A DNA stretch of 64,000 nucleotides from Candidatus Dormiibacterota bacterium (GTDB taxonomy: Bacteria > Chloroflexota > Dormibacteria > Aeolococcales > Aeolococcaceae), in contig OY970355.1 of assembly GCA_963718525.1 (NCBI GenBank), forward strand, positions 320,001 through 384,000. The letters run 5' to 3'. How positions within the stretch are numbered: the stretch's first letter is position 1; each line of letters begins with the position of its first letter. Under the pieces are notes generated by a model. The model had not been told where the DNA came from and searched no databases. It saw only the letters and a list, made by a program, of their open reading frames with translations. Positions 21,497-31,852 of the stretch are shown piece after piece. The position numbers and the translations under genes were made by a program.

Positions 21497-21953
21497 GCGG
21501 ATCGCTGACATCGGATATGGCACAGTCGAGGATGCGGATTGGATCGATCGAGATATGCATACGGATCCGCAACCGCCGTCGCCGCGCTGGACTGAGCCGC
21601 CCTCGCGCAGTCTCGCGCGTACTGCGATCGTCAAATTCCAAGACGGCGAGCACGGGCTCCGTCGATTGCAACAGCTCGCCTTCTATCCGCAGGTCCCCAA
21701 AGGCACCGAAGTCAGGGCGCATTGCGTCGCCGCCATCAAGGAATGGCCGGAGGCCGCGCTGGAGCTGCGCGATCACCCGGTCGCCGGCGACCTCCGTGGG
21801 GGCGTCATGGCCGGCCAGCAACAGGGCCAGACTGCACGTGAACCCTTCGACGGCATCGCGGATGCCTTCGAGCCGCTGCTCGCGAGTTGCGTGTGCGCCG
21901 ATTCCATCGGGTCGCCGCCCCGTGTGGGTCAGCGCGGCGATCCATCTGCTCAT
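21489..21953 (-). CDS. Hypothetical protein, translationally coupled
   Basis: 154-aa ORF with an ATGA overlap with the upstream gene. Confidence 0.6.
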   Translation of the reverse strand: MSRWIAALTHTGRRPDGIGAHATREQRLEGIRDAVEGFTCSLALLLAGHDAPTEVAGDRVIAQLQRGLRPFLDGGDAMRPDFGAFGDLRIEGELLQSTEPVLAVLEFDDRSTRETARGRLSPARRRRLRIRMHISIDPIRILDCAISDVSDPHG

Positions 21954-23453
21954 CGTGTGATCGCATGCGGCGCCAGAACGATCGCCTCCGCGAGCTCGCG
22001 ATATGCAGCGCGAAGCGACGCCGAGACGGATTCGACAGTCACTCCCTGCATGCCTGCGTACCTGACTCGCTCCGCGTCATCAGGGATGTCGACTACTCGA
22101 TAGACTCGCTGCGTGATCGCGGCCATGTATCTTCTTGCCAGAGGATGCTCACGATTGCGTCGTGTGCGCGGAACAAGGGACGCAACGATCGCCGGGGGCA
22201 GATCGGCAACGTCGAGGTAATCGAGAACGCCGTTGAAGTCCTGCTTCGAGGCGGCGCTCGGGAGGACGAGCACGTCGGCATGCTCCAGCCAGTACGCCGC
22301 TGCCGCGGCTTCCGGGCCGGCTGTTGGGTCGGGTAGTCTGTTGCTCAGATCCACGACGATCAGCGGATATCGCGAGCGAAGATGGCTGACGAGGAGCCCG
22401 ATTTCGGTTCGCGAGTACTCGGATGACTCGCGCGCCTCTGGGAAGCATGCAAGCGCTGGCGTCGACGCGTGCACCGGCCTTGGAAGCTCGCCGCCTGCGA
22501 CCAATGCGACGATCATGTCGCGAACAGTGGCGGCGCCCGGTGGGAGGCTGAGCTGGCCCCACGCATCGGGATTGGCCATGTTCGCGTCGACGATTGCTGC
22601 GCAGCGCCCCACCACGTCGAGGGCGGTGCCGACGGCTATTGCAACGCCCGCCGCATGAACTCGTCTTTCCGACACCGCCTTTGCGGGAGCCGACGGCGAC
22701 GATGGTGGATCCGCGCATCACGAGCAGGTTTGCCAGCTCCGCTTCCGACAGTTCATTCGACGTGGGGCGCGGTCCGATGCGACGTGTCCACCCCGGGAGG
22801 CGGAAGGCGCGGTCCCGAATCGGGGGCTGGGGCTTTCGCGCGGGCAGCGACTCGGGTGTGAAGCCGGCCGCGACCGCGTCGGCCTGCCCGAGACTCATCG
22901 CAATGAGCAGATCGAATGGATCAGGGCCAGGTTCCTGCGATGCCACATCGACTTGAGCGACGGCCTCAGCACCAAGCGTGTCTTCGGTGACGTACCGCGC
23001 CGCCAAGGAACGCACCCGGGTGGCTTCGATTTCATCGTAGACGCCCATGGGGACAAGGTCGCCCATGACGGCCGCGGCATAATCGAGCGGCGAGCGGGCT
23101 GTGACCACGTGCACGCCGCTTTGATGTTCATAAGCATTCGTACCATCCGTCGCAGCGATGCCGACATAGCAAGATCCGTCGAGGCCGGCCAGCCAGCCTG
23201 CCAGGCCATCACTCCCCTGGACGATGAAGATCACATGGGAGTCGCGCGGAATCTGGGCATCCCACCAGGCATCGAGTTGACGCTGCGCGGCGACGTTCGC
23301 AAAGAATCCGACACCTCGTACTGGAGGGGTACATGCGATAACGGCGCTACTGCTGGATGTCAGTTCGCACAGCATCCGCCCAAGGGAGTCGGCACTCTCG
23401 TCGTCCTCCAGCAGGATGACCATCGCGTACGTGGCGATCGCATCAATGGGCAA
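21950..23453 (-). pseudogene. MinD/ParA-family ATPase with N-terminal extension, split by a +1 frameshift at ~22658 (possible sequencing error)
   Basis: Frame 1 ends at GSRKGGVGKTS. Frame 2 continues HAAGVAIA...IVDANMANP...LIVVDL...ADVLVLP. Removing one base joins the two frames. Confidence 0.75.
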
Positions 23454-23826
23454 GTCGAATTGCCTCGCGGATGTCGGCCGGACCGGATCCGCAGCACAGT
23501 GACGCAGCAGGCAACGCGCGCTGAATTGCGCCGACCGCCAAGAGCAGCAGACCGACGGTCAAGAAAACCGACGCCAGGGAGAACGAGCTCCGATGAGGTG
23601 GCACATTCATGTTCGCCTTGACCATGGTCACGACCGCGATGCACGCGGCCGCAACGACAACCAGCCACGCCAGAACCTTCATCACTGCCTCGCCCGCTCT
23701 CAGGGTGGGGATCCTATCGGAGAAGAAAGCGAGCGCCTGGCTGATATCCGGAGGCCGGAGGACCAACCACGTCGCGATGAGCATCACCATAACGAGGCTG
23801 ACCAGGGGGACGGACCTCCGCACCAT
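23443..23826 (-). CDS. Small integral membrane protein (3 TM)
   Basis: Three hydrophobic stretches; lies within the operon and overlaps the downstream start. Confidence 0.65.
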   Translation of the reverse strand: MVRRSVPLVSLVMVMLIATWLVLRPPDISQALAFFSDRIPTLRAGEAVMKVLAWLVVVAAACIAVVTMVKANMNVPPHRSSFSLASVFLTVGLLLLAVGAIQRALPAASLCCGSGPADIREAIRLAH

Positions 23827-23833
23827 GAGCGTG

Positions 23834-24727
23834 TCAGCCGAGCCCGGACGAGATCGCTTGGAAGGTAGGCGCTCCAATCAGCAGAAGCAGCGGAATGAGC
23901 ATGCCCGCAATTGGTAGGGTGATCAGGATTCGCGCGCGTGCCGCCCTGACTCGCGCGTCAGCGAGGCGCTCCTGGTAAACGGTGAGAGCCAGCCGTGTAT
24001 AGGCAACTCGATTCGGAACGCCGACGTTGGTTGTGGCCGCAGCCTCAGCGACATCGGCAAACTCACGGATGCCATAGGCATCACCAATCCGACGATATTG
24101 CTCAGCCGTCGAGCGAAATGGGCCGATAGCGAGCCGCTTGTATCCACCGCGGTCCAGGAGATTCCCGAGCGCGTCGGCGCGTGCACATCGCGACATGATT
24201 CTGACTGCGTCATCGAGTTGCAACCCCCGGCTGTCGGTCATCACCGCAACCGCCATCAGCATATCCCCGAGGGTGCGGGCAGAGGTGTCGCGCTCACGGG
24301 CCGCTCGCCGCCGCAGGTCGGTGACCGAGAGGGGAAGAATCAGGACCGCGATCAACGCTGCCGCCCATGGCGGTGCCGGCCATGAACCCTCGACGGCCCT
24401 GCCACCTGCTGTCGCCACCAGAAGCAAGGCGAACGTCATCAGCGAGATCCCGCCCGTTCTCGCGAGGAATCCGATCGGCGTCTCGCTGCTGTTCGACTGA
24501 GCGAGGAGGCACTCGAGGTCGAGTTCAGATTGAATACGCTTGAGAATCGGCGCTCCACGCGCCACTCTCGCGAGAGCTGACTGGCGGGTCGCGAATCCAC
24601 GCAGATGTGCCATCCGCCGCCAGGCGCGTGCATCGGTGGCGCTGAACACATCGAGGAGGACAACGCCACCCACCCAGGCTCCGATGGCAAACAGTGCAAT
24701 GGCCGCATAGGGGATCGCCTCAGCCAT
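23834..24727 (-). CDS. TadC-like (T2SS-F family) membrane platform protein
   Basis: N-terminal TM, central TM pair and C-terminal ITLPIAGMLIPLLLLIGAP. Sits after tadB-like and cpaF. Confidence 0.7.
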   Translation of the reverse strand: MAEAIPYAAIALFAIGAWVGGVVLLDVFSATDARAWRRMAHLRGFATRQSALARVARGAPILKRIQSELDLECLLAQSNSSETPIGFLARTGGISLMTFALLLVATAGGRAVEGSWPAPPWAAALIAVLILPLSVTDLRRRAARERDTSARTLGDMLMAVAVMTDSRGLQLDDAVRIMSRCARADALGNLLDRGGYKRLAIGPFRSTAEQYRRIGDAYGIREFADVAEAAATTNVGVPNRVAYTRLALTVYQERLADARVRAARARILITLPIAGMLIPLLLLIGAPTFQAISSGLG

Positions 24728-25646
24728 GGGGATGCAGCTCCTGCTCCTCGACCTTACTGAGATCCCAGCGTGTCCAATGCGCCGTTCGGGCAATGCGCCC
24801 GAGCATTGCGATCAAGGCAAAGAACATCGCGATTGAGACCAAAAGCACGACGGTTCCTGCGACCGTACCGTAGTAGGCGCGAAAGCTGGCGACACGGACA
24901 AGACTGACGAACATGATCGTCATGAGTCCCGACATTGCAAACGTGACAGCTCGTTGCTGCGTCAACGTGACGAGAGACTCTTCTTCGACCTGAAGCTGCG
25001 CCTCGCCAATCGGAAGCAGCACGTCGTCGATCGCGGAAATGAGTCCGTCAAGACTTCTCGTTCTCGCCCAAATCAGGACGGCGCACGCATGCTCGACAAG
25101 TGGGGATCGCGACCGGACCCCACAGCGGACAATGTTTCCAGTGACAGAACCGCCCTGTGCCCACGGTTCCAAAACATAGGCAAGCTCACGACCAGGATTC
25201 CGCCCGATCTCCTGGAGCGCCGAGTCCAGCGATTGATTGCCAATCGCCATCCGATCACGGAGGACTCGAAGTTGCACCAGAAAGGCACGCTCCATTCGGA
25301 GCCGACGCCGGGCTGCGCGCCCCGCAACGGCAAATCGCACCCCGAAAAACCCAACCGCTCCCAGAACGAAGGCCAGGAGCCATATCTGCGTGGTCCATCC
25401 CACGGCGATTCCCGCAATCGTCACTCCGGCGCGGAGGCTAACCCAGCGACGCCAGGGCCATCCGAGCGCCGCGGCGACGTCCTTCTCGTGTTCGAGCGTA
25501 GGCACGATCGCACCATGTCGGCGGGACCCCTTCATCAGGTGGGGCACGCCGAGTATCGCGGCGATCGCACCGCAACCGCAGGCAACAATCAGTGCAAGGC
25601 CCGCAACGACGACCACGGGCTCGGGAAATATGCTGGCGAGCGTCAA
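24720..25646 (-). CDS. TadB-like (T2SS-F family) membrane platform protein
   Basis: TM pattern, L..LRDRMAIGNQSLDSAL and AYYGTVAG near the C-terminus. Follows cpaF with a GTGA overlap. Confidence 0.72.
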   Translation of the reverse strand: MTLASIFPEPVVVVAGLALIVACGCGAIAAILGVPHLMKGSRRHGAIVPTLEHEKDVAAALGWPWRRWVSLRAGVTIAGIAVGWTTQIWLLAFVLGAVGFFGVRFAVAGRAARRRLRMERAFLVQLRVLRDRMAIGNQSLDSALQEIGRNPGRELAYVLEPWAQGGSVTGNIVRCGVRSRSPLVEHACAVLIWARTRSLDGLISAIDDVLLPIGEAQLQVEEESLVTLTQQRAVTFAMSGLMTIMFVSLVRVASFRAYYGTVAGTVVLLVSIAMFFALIAMLGRIARTAHWTRWDLSKVEEQELHPHG

Positions 25647-27046
25647 GGCTCCGGCACCTCGTCGCTCTGAAGGTACGGGCGGATGCGGGGCGCAAGGCGA
25701 CCAAGGTTGCCGATGAGGTTGGTTCCCCGAACCAGGCCGCCGCTATCTGTTTGCCGGTAGACCCACTTGTGGTTTCCTCCGCGCTCGACAGCGACGACAC
25801 CTGTGATCCGTCGCCGCCCATCTTGATTGGCGATGTGGACGACGACATGGACCGCCTGCTCGACGATTCGTCGGGCAAGACGCTCGTTTCCCGCGAAGCG
25901 CGCGTTCTCCATGACGTATTGCATCGCCTGCTCGATGGCGAGCTCGGCATCCTCGGCATGGATCGTCGTCATCGAGCCGTCGTGGCCGGTCATCAGTGCC
26001 TTGCAGACGGCCGCCATCTCCTCGCCGCGAGATTCGCCGAGGATGAGCCGATCCGGCTGAAAGCGGAGAGCGTGGCGCACCAAGTCGAACATCGTGAGGT
26101 GCTGCGCCTCGGTGTCAGCGCGAATCGAGGGGATGGTCGAGACTGCAGTCGTCAGCGCGTGCCATTGCTCGCCATCGCCGCGATCCTGATCGAGATGCAG
26201 CTCCGCGCCATCTTCGACAACCACGATGTGCTCATCATCTGGAACCATTCCTGCAAGCACGCGCAGCAGCGTCGTCTTGCCGGTGGACGTGCCGCCTGCA
26301 ATCATCAGGTTGGCGCGCCCGCGCACGCAGGCTTCCACGAAGAGCGCAACACCTCGCGGCATGACCATTTGCGAGACGTAGTCGCCGAGGTCTCGCACCT
26401 TGGATCGGGCGGGCACCCTGATGGCTGCCTTGACGTCGGCACGTCCCGATACCGCAGGGCGCTTCGCGACACATAGTCGGATGACGCTGCCCACGTTTGC
26501 TTCGGCGATCGGGGAAGCGTCCGTGATTGACTGGTCGCCGGTGACCCCGCGCATCCGCACGACGCCCCGAAAGAACTCGAGCACCGCCTCGTCGTTCGCG
26601 AATGGGCTGCCTCCGACGAGAGAGAGCTTCCGTCCGACTGTGCTCACGAGCCAGTGGTCATGACCGAGGCACGTGATGTTCTCGAGCTCCGCTCCGTAGA
26701 TCAGGAGCGACAGTGGATAGAGGTGTGACCCAAGGATGACAGCGTTTCTCTGCGTCGTTGCACGATAACGGGCGTTGCGCGCGAGCTCCGCGACCACCGA
26801 CAGAGGCAGCCCACTGGACTGCGGCGATTCAATCGCCCGATCGATGGCAACGGACACATCCTCAGTCAGGCGTTCCTCGTGCAGGACTGAAGCCGGCTCG
26901 CCGTTTCTTGAACGCAGCACCGACGCAGCAATAACCCCCGCGACCTCATGCTCCTCGGTTGCAATGTGTGGCCATCTGCTGACCTGAACAGAGGTCCGGT
27001 GAATGGCCCCGACGAGGGTGTCCGCACCGCTGATCGCCGAGCTCAC
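25643..27046 (-). CDS. cpaF: CpaF/TadA (VirB11-like) secretion ATPase
   Basis: IAGGTSTGKTT, VEDGAEL, ALRFQPDRLILGESRG and MTGHDGSMTTIHA. Confidence 0.92.
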   Translation of the reverse strand: MSSAISGADTLVGAIHRTSVQVSRWPHIATEEHEVAGVIAASVLRSRNGEPASVLHEERLTEDVSVAIDRAIESPQSSGLPLSVVAELARNARYRATTQRNAVILGSHLYPLSLLIYGAELENITCLGHDHWLVSTVGRKLSLVGGSPFANDEAVLEFFRGVVRMRGVTGDQSITDASPIAEANVGSVIRLCVAKRPAVSGRADVKAAIRVPARSKVRDLGDYVSQMVMPRGVALFVEACVRGRANLMIAGGTSTGKTTLLRVLAGMVPDDEHIVVVEDGAELHLDQDRGDGEQWHALTTAVSTIPSIRADTEAQHLTMFDLVRHALRFQPDRLILGESRGEEMAAVCKALMTGHDGSMTTIHAEDAELAIEQAMQYVMENARFAGNERLARRIVEQAVHVVVHIANQDGRRRITGVVAVERGGNHKWVYRQTDSGGLVRGTNLIGNLGRLAPRIRPYLQSDEVPEP

Positions 27047-27750
27047 AGGTGCAATTCGGATTCGATGCCAGCGAGAATCGTCGGCCGGCCGGTGTCAGCT
27101 ACTCGGGCCGCGCGGCGCTCGTCCCATCCCCAACCAGGTCGTATCGGAAGATCGGGGAGTTCCCTCTCGAGACTCTCGACCATGACACGTCGATGAGCCG
27201 CTCCCCGCTGCTCGCAGATGATCAACTCGCCATACGGTGGTCGCGCCGTTCGGAGGACGTCGATGGTTCTGGATAGCAGGGCGGGATCGTCGCGTACCAC
27301 GATGAAGACACGATCGAAAGCCGCGCAGACTGCATCGGCGGCGGCCCGGGGCGATCTGAGGCTTGCATGGGCCCATGGATGGCCGAGATCGACCACCACG
27401 GCGTCGCAGTCAAGGCCTCGGAGGGCTGGACTAATCGAACGGAGGCAGTCGCCTATCTCCAGCCCATACGTGCTGCGCAACCCCGGGATGACACGGAGCC
27501 CCGATCGGCCGGGCACCTGTATCGCCTGCGCACCGAGAACAGCCGCGGTCACCGGCCGATCGCCGAAACAATTTGCAAGACCTCGATCGTCCAGTCGCAG
27601 GTAGAGCAAATCCGCGATCGTGCCACCCTCCATGTCGCAGTCAACCAGGACGACGGAACGGCTCGTCGCGAGCGACCACGCAAGGCTGGTCGCCCACGAT
27701 GTCGAAGTCTGTCCGGCCCGAGTAGTGCAGACGCCTAGCAACAAACTCAC
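27043..27750 (-). CDS. CpaE/TadZ-like MinD-fold protein with a degenerate Walker A
   Basis: GVCTTRAGQTSTS (no GKT), VVLVDCDMEGG and VVVDLG. GTGA overlaps on both sides. Confidence 0.65.
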   Translation of the reverse strand: MSLLLGVCTTRAGQTSTSWATSLAWSLATSRSVVLVDCDMEGGTIADLLYLRLDDRGLANCFGDRPVTAAVLGAQAIQVPGRSGLRVIPGLRSTYGLEIGDCLRSISPALRGLDCDAVVVDLGHPWAHASLRSPRAAADAVCAAFDRVFIVVRDDPALLSRTIDVLRTARPPYGELIICEQRGAAHRRVMVESLERELPDLPIRPGWGWDERRAARVADTGRPTILAGIESELHL

Positions 27751-28383
27751 GGCGTGGTCGCCGTTCCCGAGAGCCCAGCGCACGCTGCGCCGCAAAGGAC
27801 ATGTATCGCCGCGTCGGCACTGAGCGGTGCGGAGGCGACCCGTGCACCAGGAACCGTGAGAGCGACGTGCAACGCAACATTTGAAGCACCGATCGCCACC
27901 CACGCCGCCTCGTCGGCCACCGGAACCAGGAGGGTTACAGAGGACCCGGAGACGCTGTTGACGACCAGATCATGCCCAATCAGTACCTGCTGGTCGCCGG
28001 TGATGGCAGCGAACACATCGATGGCCTCGCCGGCGACCAAGGGCGGCGCGGTCGCGACCGTGATTGCCACGTTGGACTGGGCGGTTACCGGAACAAGATC
28101 ATCACTCCGCAGGATGTCGTTGACAAGCAACCCCCGCGCGAACAGCGCGTGAATGGTGGTGGGACCGTCCACTTCGAAGTTGAAGTCTGTCGACGCAGCT
28201 CGAACTTGCACCAGCTGGACATCGTCAACACTGTATGGACTTCCTGCCGTGACGTTGTGGGTGACGACCCAAACAGAAACCGTTTGCGTCGCATTGGTTT
28301 GCTCTGTGTAGACGATCAGTCCAAGAACCACGACGATCATCGCACTGAGCAAGACAGCAGCAACGAGTTCTTCTACGACTCAT
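27747..28383 (-). CDS. SAF-domain CpaB/RcpC-like protein with an apparent +1 frameshift near 28368
   Basis: TM then VWVVTHNVTAG...DDVQLV...LVAGEAIDVF. GGAGG RBS and ATG 28383 (MSRRR) are one base out of frame with LVAAVLLSAM. Confidence 0.7.
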
Positions 28384-28468
28384 ACGATGATCCCCTCCCC
28401 TGAGCATCACCCCGCCGCCAGGCAGGAACGAGCATAGGGCATCAGGGGGTGGGTCGGTCGTCGCACGA

Positions 28469-29218
28469 TCACGGCGGGGCTGCCCCCCAGCACCGCAAGC
28501 CGGTTGAGTCGTGTGGATCCGGATAGCCTGCGGGAAGGAGGGGGCACGGATCGATGGGCCGTCCGTTCTCGAGAACCTCGAAGTGAAGGTGGTAGCCGGT
28601 CGCGCATCCAGTAGCCCCCTCGAACCCGAGTGGTTGCCCGATGGTCACATGGGCGCCGTCGGGCGCTGCGAAGGCTTCCAGATGGCCGTACAGGTAGGTT
28701 CTCCCACCTGCGCTCAGGACTCCAAACGACCCCAGGCCGCCGAGCCGTCCGGGTGGATACGAACACGCGATCGGTGCGCCTTGATCACGATGAAAGACAC
28801 CATCAGCGACTGCTACCACCATGGTTGCCGGCGGACAGACGATGTCCATTCCCGCGTGCGGGTGCTCCCACGGCGTGTCGCCATATCCCTGACTGACGTA
28901 CATCGTGGGGCAATTCATCGGAGCACCGACCGCTGCTCCGGTCAGCGATGCGCAGGCCGTTGCCGAGACGCGCGGGCAGTTGAGACTCCCTCCGATCCCA
29001 ACCACCGAAGCAGTTGCTGCGAGGAGCGCACTGCCTATGGAAAGAGCAACCGCACCCGCAAGTGCTCCGCAGGCAAGGCAGCCGAGACAGGACATCGAGC
29101 AGCACGACGCCGCCCGGCGACCGCTGCCCCGGGGCGCTGAACCGCCGACCGCCGACGCAAGTGCACGCATGCCTCGAACGTTGGAGAGTGCGGCTCCGAG
29201 CGCCGCAGGGAGAGCCAC
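28469..29218 (-). CDS. M23-family peptidoglycan metallopeptidase (possible VirB1 analogue)
   Basis: HAGMD, YGHL and TGCATGYHLHFE zinc motifs; N-terminal membrane anchor. Confidence 0.9.
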   Translation of the reverse strand: MALPAALGAALSNVRGMRALASAVGGSAPRGSGRRAASCCSMSCLGCLACGALAGAVALSIGSALLAATASVVGIGGSLNCPRVSATACASLTGAAVGAPMNCPTMYVSQGYGDTPWEHPHAGMDIVCPPATMVVAVADGVFHRDQGAPIACSYPPGRLGGLGSFGVLSAGGRTYLYGHLEAFAAPDGAHVTIGQPLGFEGATGCATGYHLHFEVLENGRPIDPCPLLPAGYPDPHDSTGLRCWGAAPP

Positions 29219-29221
29219 CGT

Positions 29222-31852
29222 TCAGCAGCCTATGGGCACTGGTTCAGGTCGCGGCTCCGGCGACGAATTGGCAAGCGCCATAAGAGCCGGACCAGGAACG
29301 ATCGCGACGACGGTGCGCTCACTGCCCGAGAGGAGAACCGCGCGTCCCTGAACCGGTGGATTGAGTGCGGCCGACTCATCCTCGGCCAAGCCGAAGACAT
29401 CGCGTACATCGGCGAGCGCAGCCTCTTCGACTCCGAGGATCACCTTGGTCGCGGCGGTCGAGACCAACGTTCGTCCCAGGTCAGTCCCGACGAAGTCGTG
29501 GATCTGTTGCGAGCACATCCAGACGCCCGCTCCATGCTTGCGAGCCTGCCGTACGAGTTGACCGAGAACCTCTCCGGCATCGGGATCGATCGTGATCCGG
29601 TGGGCTTCGTCCACGACAACGATCAGGCGTGGATGATCGTTCCCCAGCGCGGCAAGCACTGCGGTCAGGACGACCGCGAGGGCGGGCGTCAGGTCCGCCG
29701 CGTAGGTCAAGGCGAGGTTCCGCAGACCTATCGAAACTGGACGGGCGCCGACGCGAAAGGTGGATGGTCGGTCGAAGACCTCTGCCCGATGACCTTGAGT
29801 GAAACGTCGCAGCCGCGCGGTGATGACGCGACAGCGATCCTTCTCTCGCCGTGTCAGCGCGTGCGTTGTTGACGTGGTCTCGATGAACGCAAGGAGGTCG
29901 TGGATAACCGGTTCTGCAGTCAGGTGCCGTGCACGCCAATCGCGAAAGAACGCGGCGATCTCGCCATGGATCCAGCCCTGATCCTCGTCCGGCAAGCGTC
30001 GGATGGGGCGTCCGTCTCGCACTCCGCGCTCGTCGCCGGCCATGACACTGAGCACTGGAAGGATCAGGCTCGCCGCGGAGTCTGGCGCAACGTCGCACCC
30101 GGGTGCCAGCGGGTTGAGCGCATCCTCGCCCAACTCGAAATGGAGACCTCCGATCGCATTCATCACTCGTCGATACTCCGAGTCGGGATCGATGACAACC
30201 GCGGAGGCGCCCTCCATCACGTGCCGCACGAGCAGGGTTTTCGCCACCACGCTCTTGCCAGACCCTGAACTTCCTACAACGACCGCATTGTGGTTCGGCC
30301 GACTCCAGATGGAGAGGTATGCCGGTGCCCCGGTAAGCTGGTTGATGCCGACGAGGGGTTGTCGCTGATCCTCAAAGGGAGTCCCCAGCGCAGGCAGGAG
30401 ACAGGCGGCAACGGAATCGGACGTCAATTGCAGACTGCGGCCGAGTGGGGCACCGCCGGGCGTGACCGACAGCGATGGCAACAGGCCCGGAGATGTTGGG
30501 TACACGATGTCAAAGCCCTGACCTCGGAGGAGGCCATCGAGCCGTTCTGCTGTCTCGACAGCTCTTGCAAGTACCGAGTCGCGTACGGCAACGCTCAGCG
30601 CGACGCGGCATGGAATGAGTTGACGCTGAGCGATCGCTGCGAGCGCAGCCGTCGTGTCGGCAAGAGCGATCTGATTATCGACGGCGTCGTTTCCTTCGCG
30701 TGCCGTGTATCGCTGCATCGCCGCGCGACGATCGAGCACCCTGCGTGCAACCTTCGCTTCAACGGGAACCACGTGGAGGCTCGCATGACCCTTCGCGCGG
30801 CTGCGAATGAGGGCGTCAACGACTGCCCCGGTGTGAACCACCGGAGGGAGTCGCGTCGCCGTGAGAACGATCTGGAACTCATCGCCGATGCGGACTACGC
30901 CCGCGCCAGTGACCGCGGCACTCCGAGCACCGATGACGGTGTCGACCAGCAGGTCAGCGATGTCGTCATGGTCGGCGACAGCTACCACGAGCCCTAACCC
31001 AGAGGCGGTCCGCAGCCCGGTGAGAAGCGCGCGAGCCGCGTCATCATCACTCGCCTCGACCGCTCGCGGCAGCCGCGTCACCCGGCTGAGCCACGGGATT
31101 CCGTCGGCCGCGGCGAGGGCCGGCGAGAGCACCACGAAATGACGAAGACCAATACTCTGCTCCGCGACCCTGCCGGCAAGATCACGCTCCATCTCTGCCA
31201 GGCGGCTCATTGGCCATCCTTTCACGCGCTCGTCAAATGCGAGCTGCGCGCGATGGCTGTCGAAGTTGCTGACGACGCTCACGAATTGAGCTGGACAGTC
31301 GAGACCGAGGAGCCATTGCATCATCGTCGAGCACCAGCGCGCATGGGCTTCACCGGTCGGCGATCCACCTGGTCCTTCGACCGTGAGGATTGCGCGAGCG
31401 CCACCGGGGTTGAGCCGGACGATCCCCGCATCAGCGTCGTTCACAATCGGCAGGACGGTCAGATGCCGGAGCGCTCGTACAGGCGAACGCCACCTGATCT
31501 CGCGTCTGATTCGGGTTACCTGCATTGCGCTGCCAGCGAATCGCACGTGTGCTCGGTGTCCCTCACCATCGAGCACCGCGGTGGGCAGTACCCAGCGGGC
31601 AAGGCGATAGAGGCACCAGGTCCCAATCCAGATACCATCTCGCGTCGGCGCCGCCAACGTGAATCCGAGCATCATCACTGCAATCGCAAGGCCGAGGCGC
31701 GAGCCCACAGAGAGCGTCCCAAGGCTCAGGCAGGCAAGTGCGACCGGCGCCGATGCACTCACGAGGATGAGCGCGCGCAGCGGCATCAAGATCGGCCCAA
31801 GAGGTACGCGCACCTGGGCATCGACCGCCAGTGGTACCCGCACACCGCTCAT
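29222..31852 (-). CDS. virB4: VirB4-family ATPase with a fused N-terminal PrgI/VirB3-like membrane domain
   Basis: N-terminal VP..VD...LGP plus 2 TM. HNAVVVGSSGSGKS, VIDPDSEY, VVVDEAH and ARKHGAG...SQ. Confidence 0.88.
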   Translation of the reverse strand: MSGVRVPLAVDAQVRVPLGPILMPLRALILVSASAPVALACLSLGTLSVGSRLGLAIAVMMLGFTLAAPTRDGIWIGTWCLYRLARWVLPTAVLDGEGHRAHVRFAGSAMQVTRIRREIRWRSPVRALRHLTVLPIVNDADAGIVRLNPGGARAILTVEGPGGSPTGEAHARWCSTMMQWLLGLDCPAQFVSVVSNFDSHRAQLAFDERVKGWPMSRLAEMERDLAGRVAEQSIGLRHFVVLSPALAAADGIPWLSRVTRLPRAVEASDDDAARALLTGLRTASGLGLVVAVADHDDIADLLVDTVIGARSAAVTGAGVVRIGDEFQIVLTATRLPPVVHTGAVVDALIRSRAKGHASLHVVPVEAKVARRVLDRRAAMQRYTAREGNDAVDNQIALADTTAALAAIAQRQLIPCRVALSVAVRDSVLARAVETAERLDGLLRGQGFDIVYPTSPGLLPSLSVTPGGAPLGRSLQLTSDSVAACLLPALGTPFEDQRQPLVGINQLTGAPAYLSIWSRPNHNAVVVGSSGSGKSVVAKTLLVRHVMEGASAVVIDPDSEYRRVMNAIGGLHFELGEDALNPLAPGCDVAPDSAASLILPVLSVMAGDERGVRDGRPIRRLPDEDQGWIHGEIAAFFRDWRARHLTAEPVIHDLLAFIETTSTTHALTRREKDRCRVITARLRRFTQGHRAEVFDRPSTFRVGARPVSIGLRNLALTYAADLTPALAVVLTAVLAALGNDHPRLIVVVDEAHRITIDPDAGEVLGQLVRQARKHGAGVWMCSQQIHDFVGTDLGRTLVSTAATKVILGVEEAALADVRDVFGLAEDESAALNPPVQGRAVLLSGSERTVVAIVPGPALMALANSSPEPRPEPVPIGC

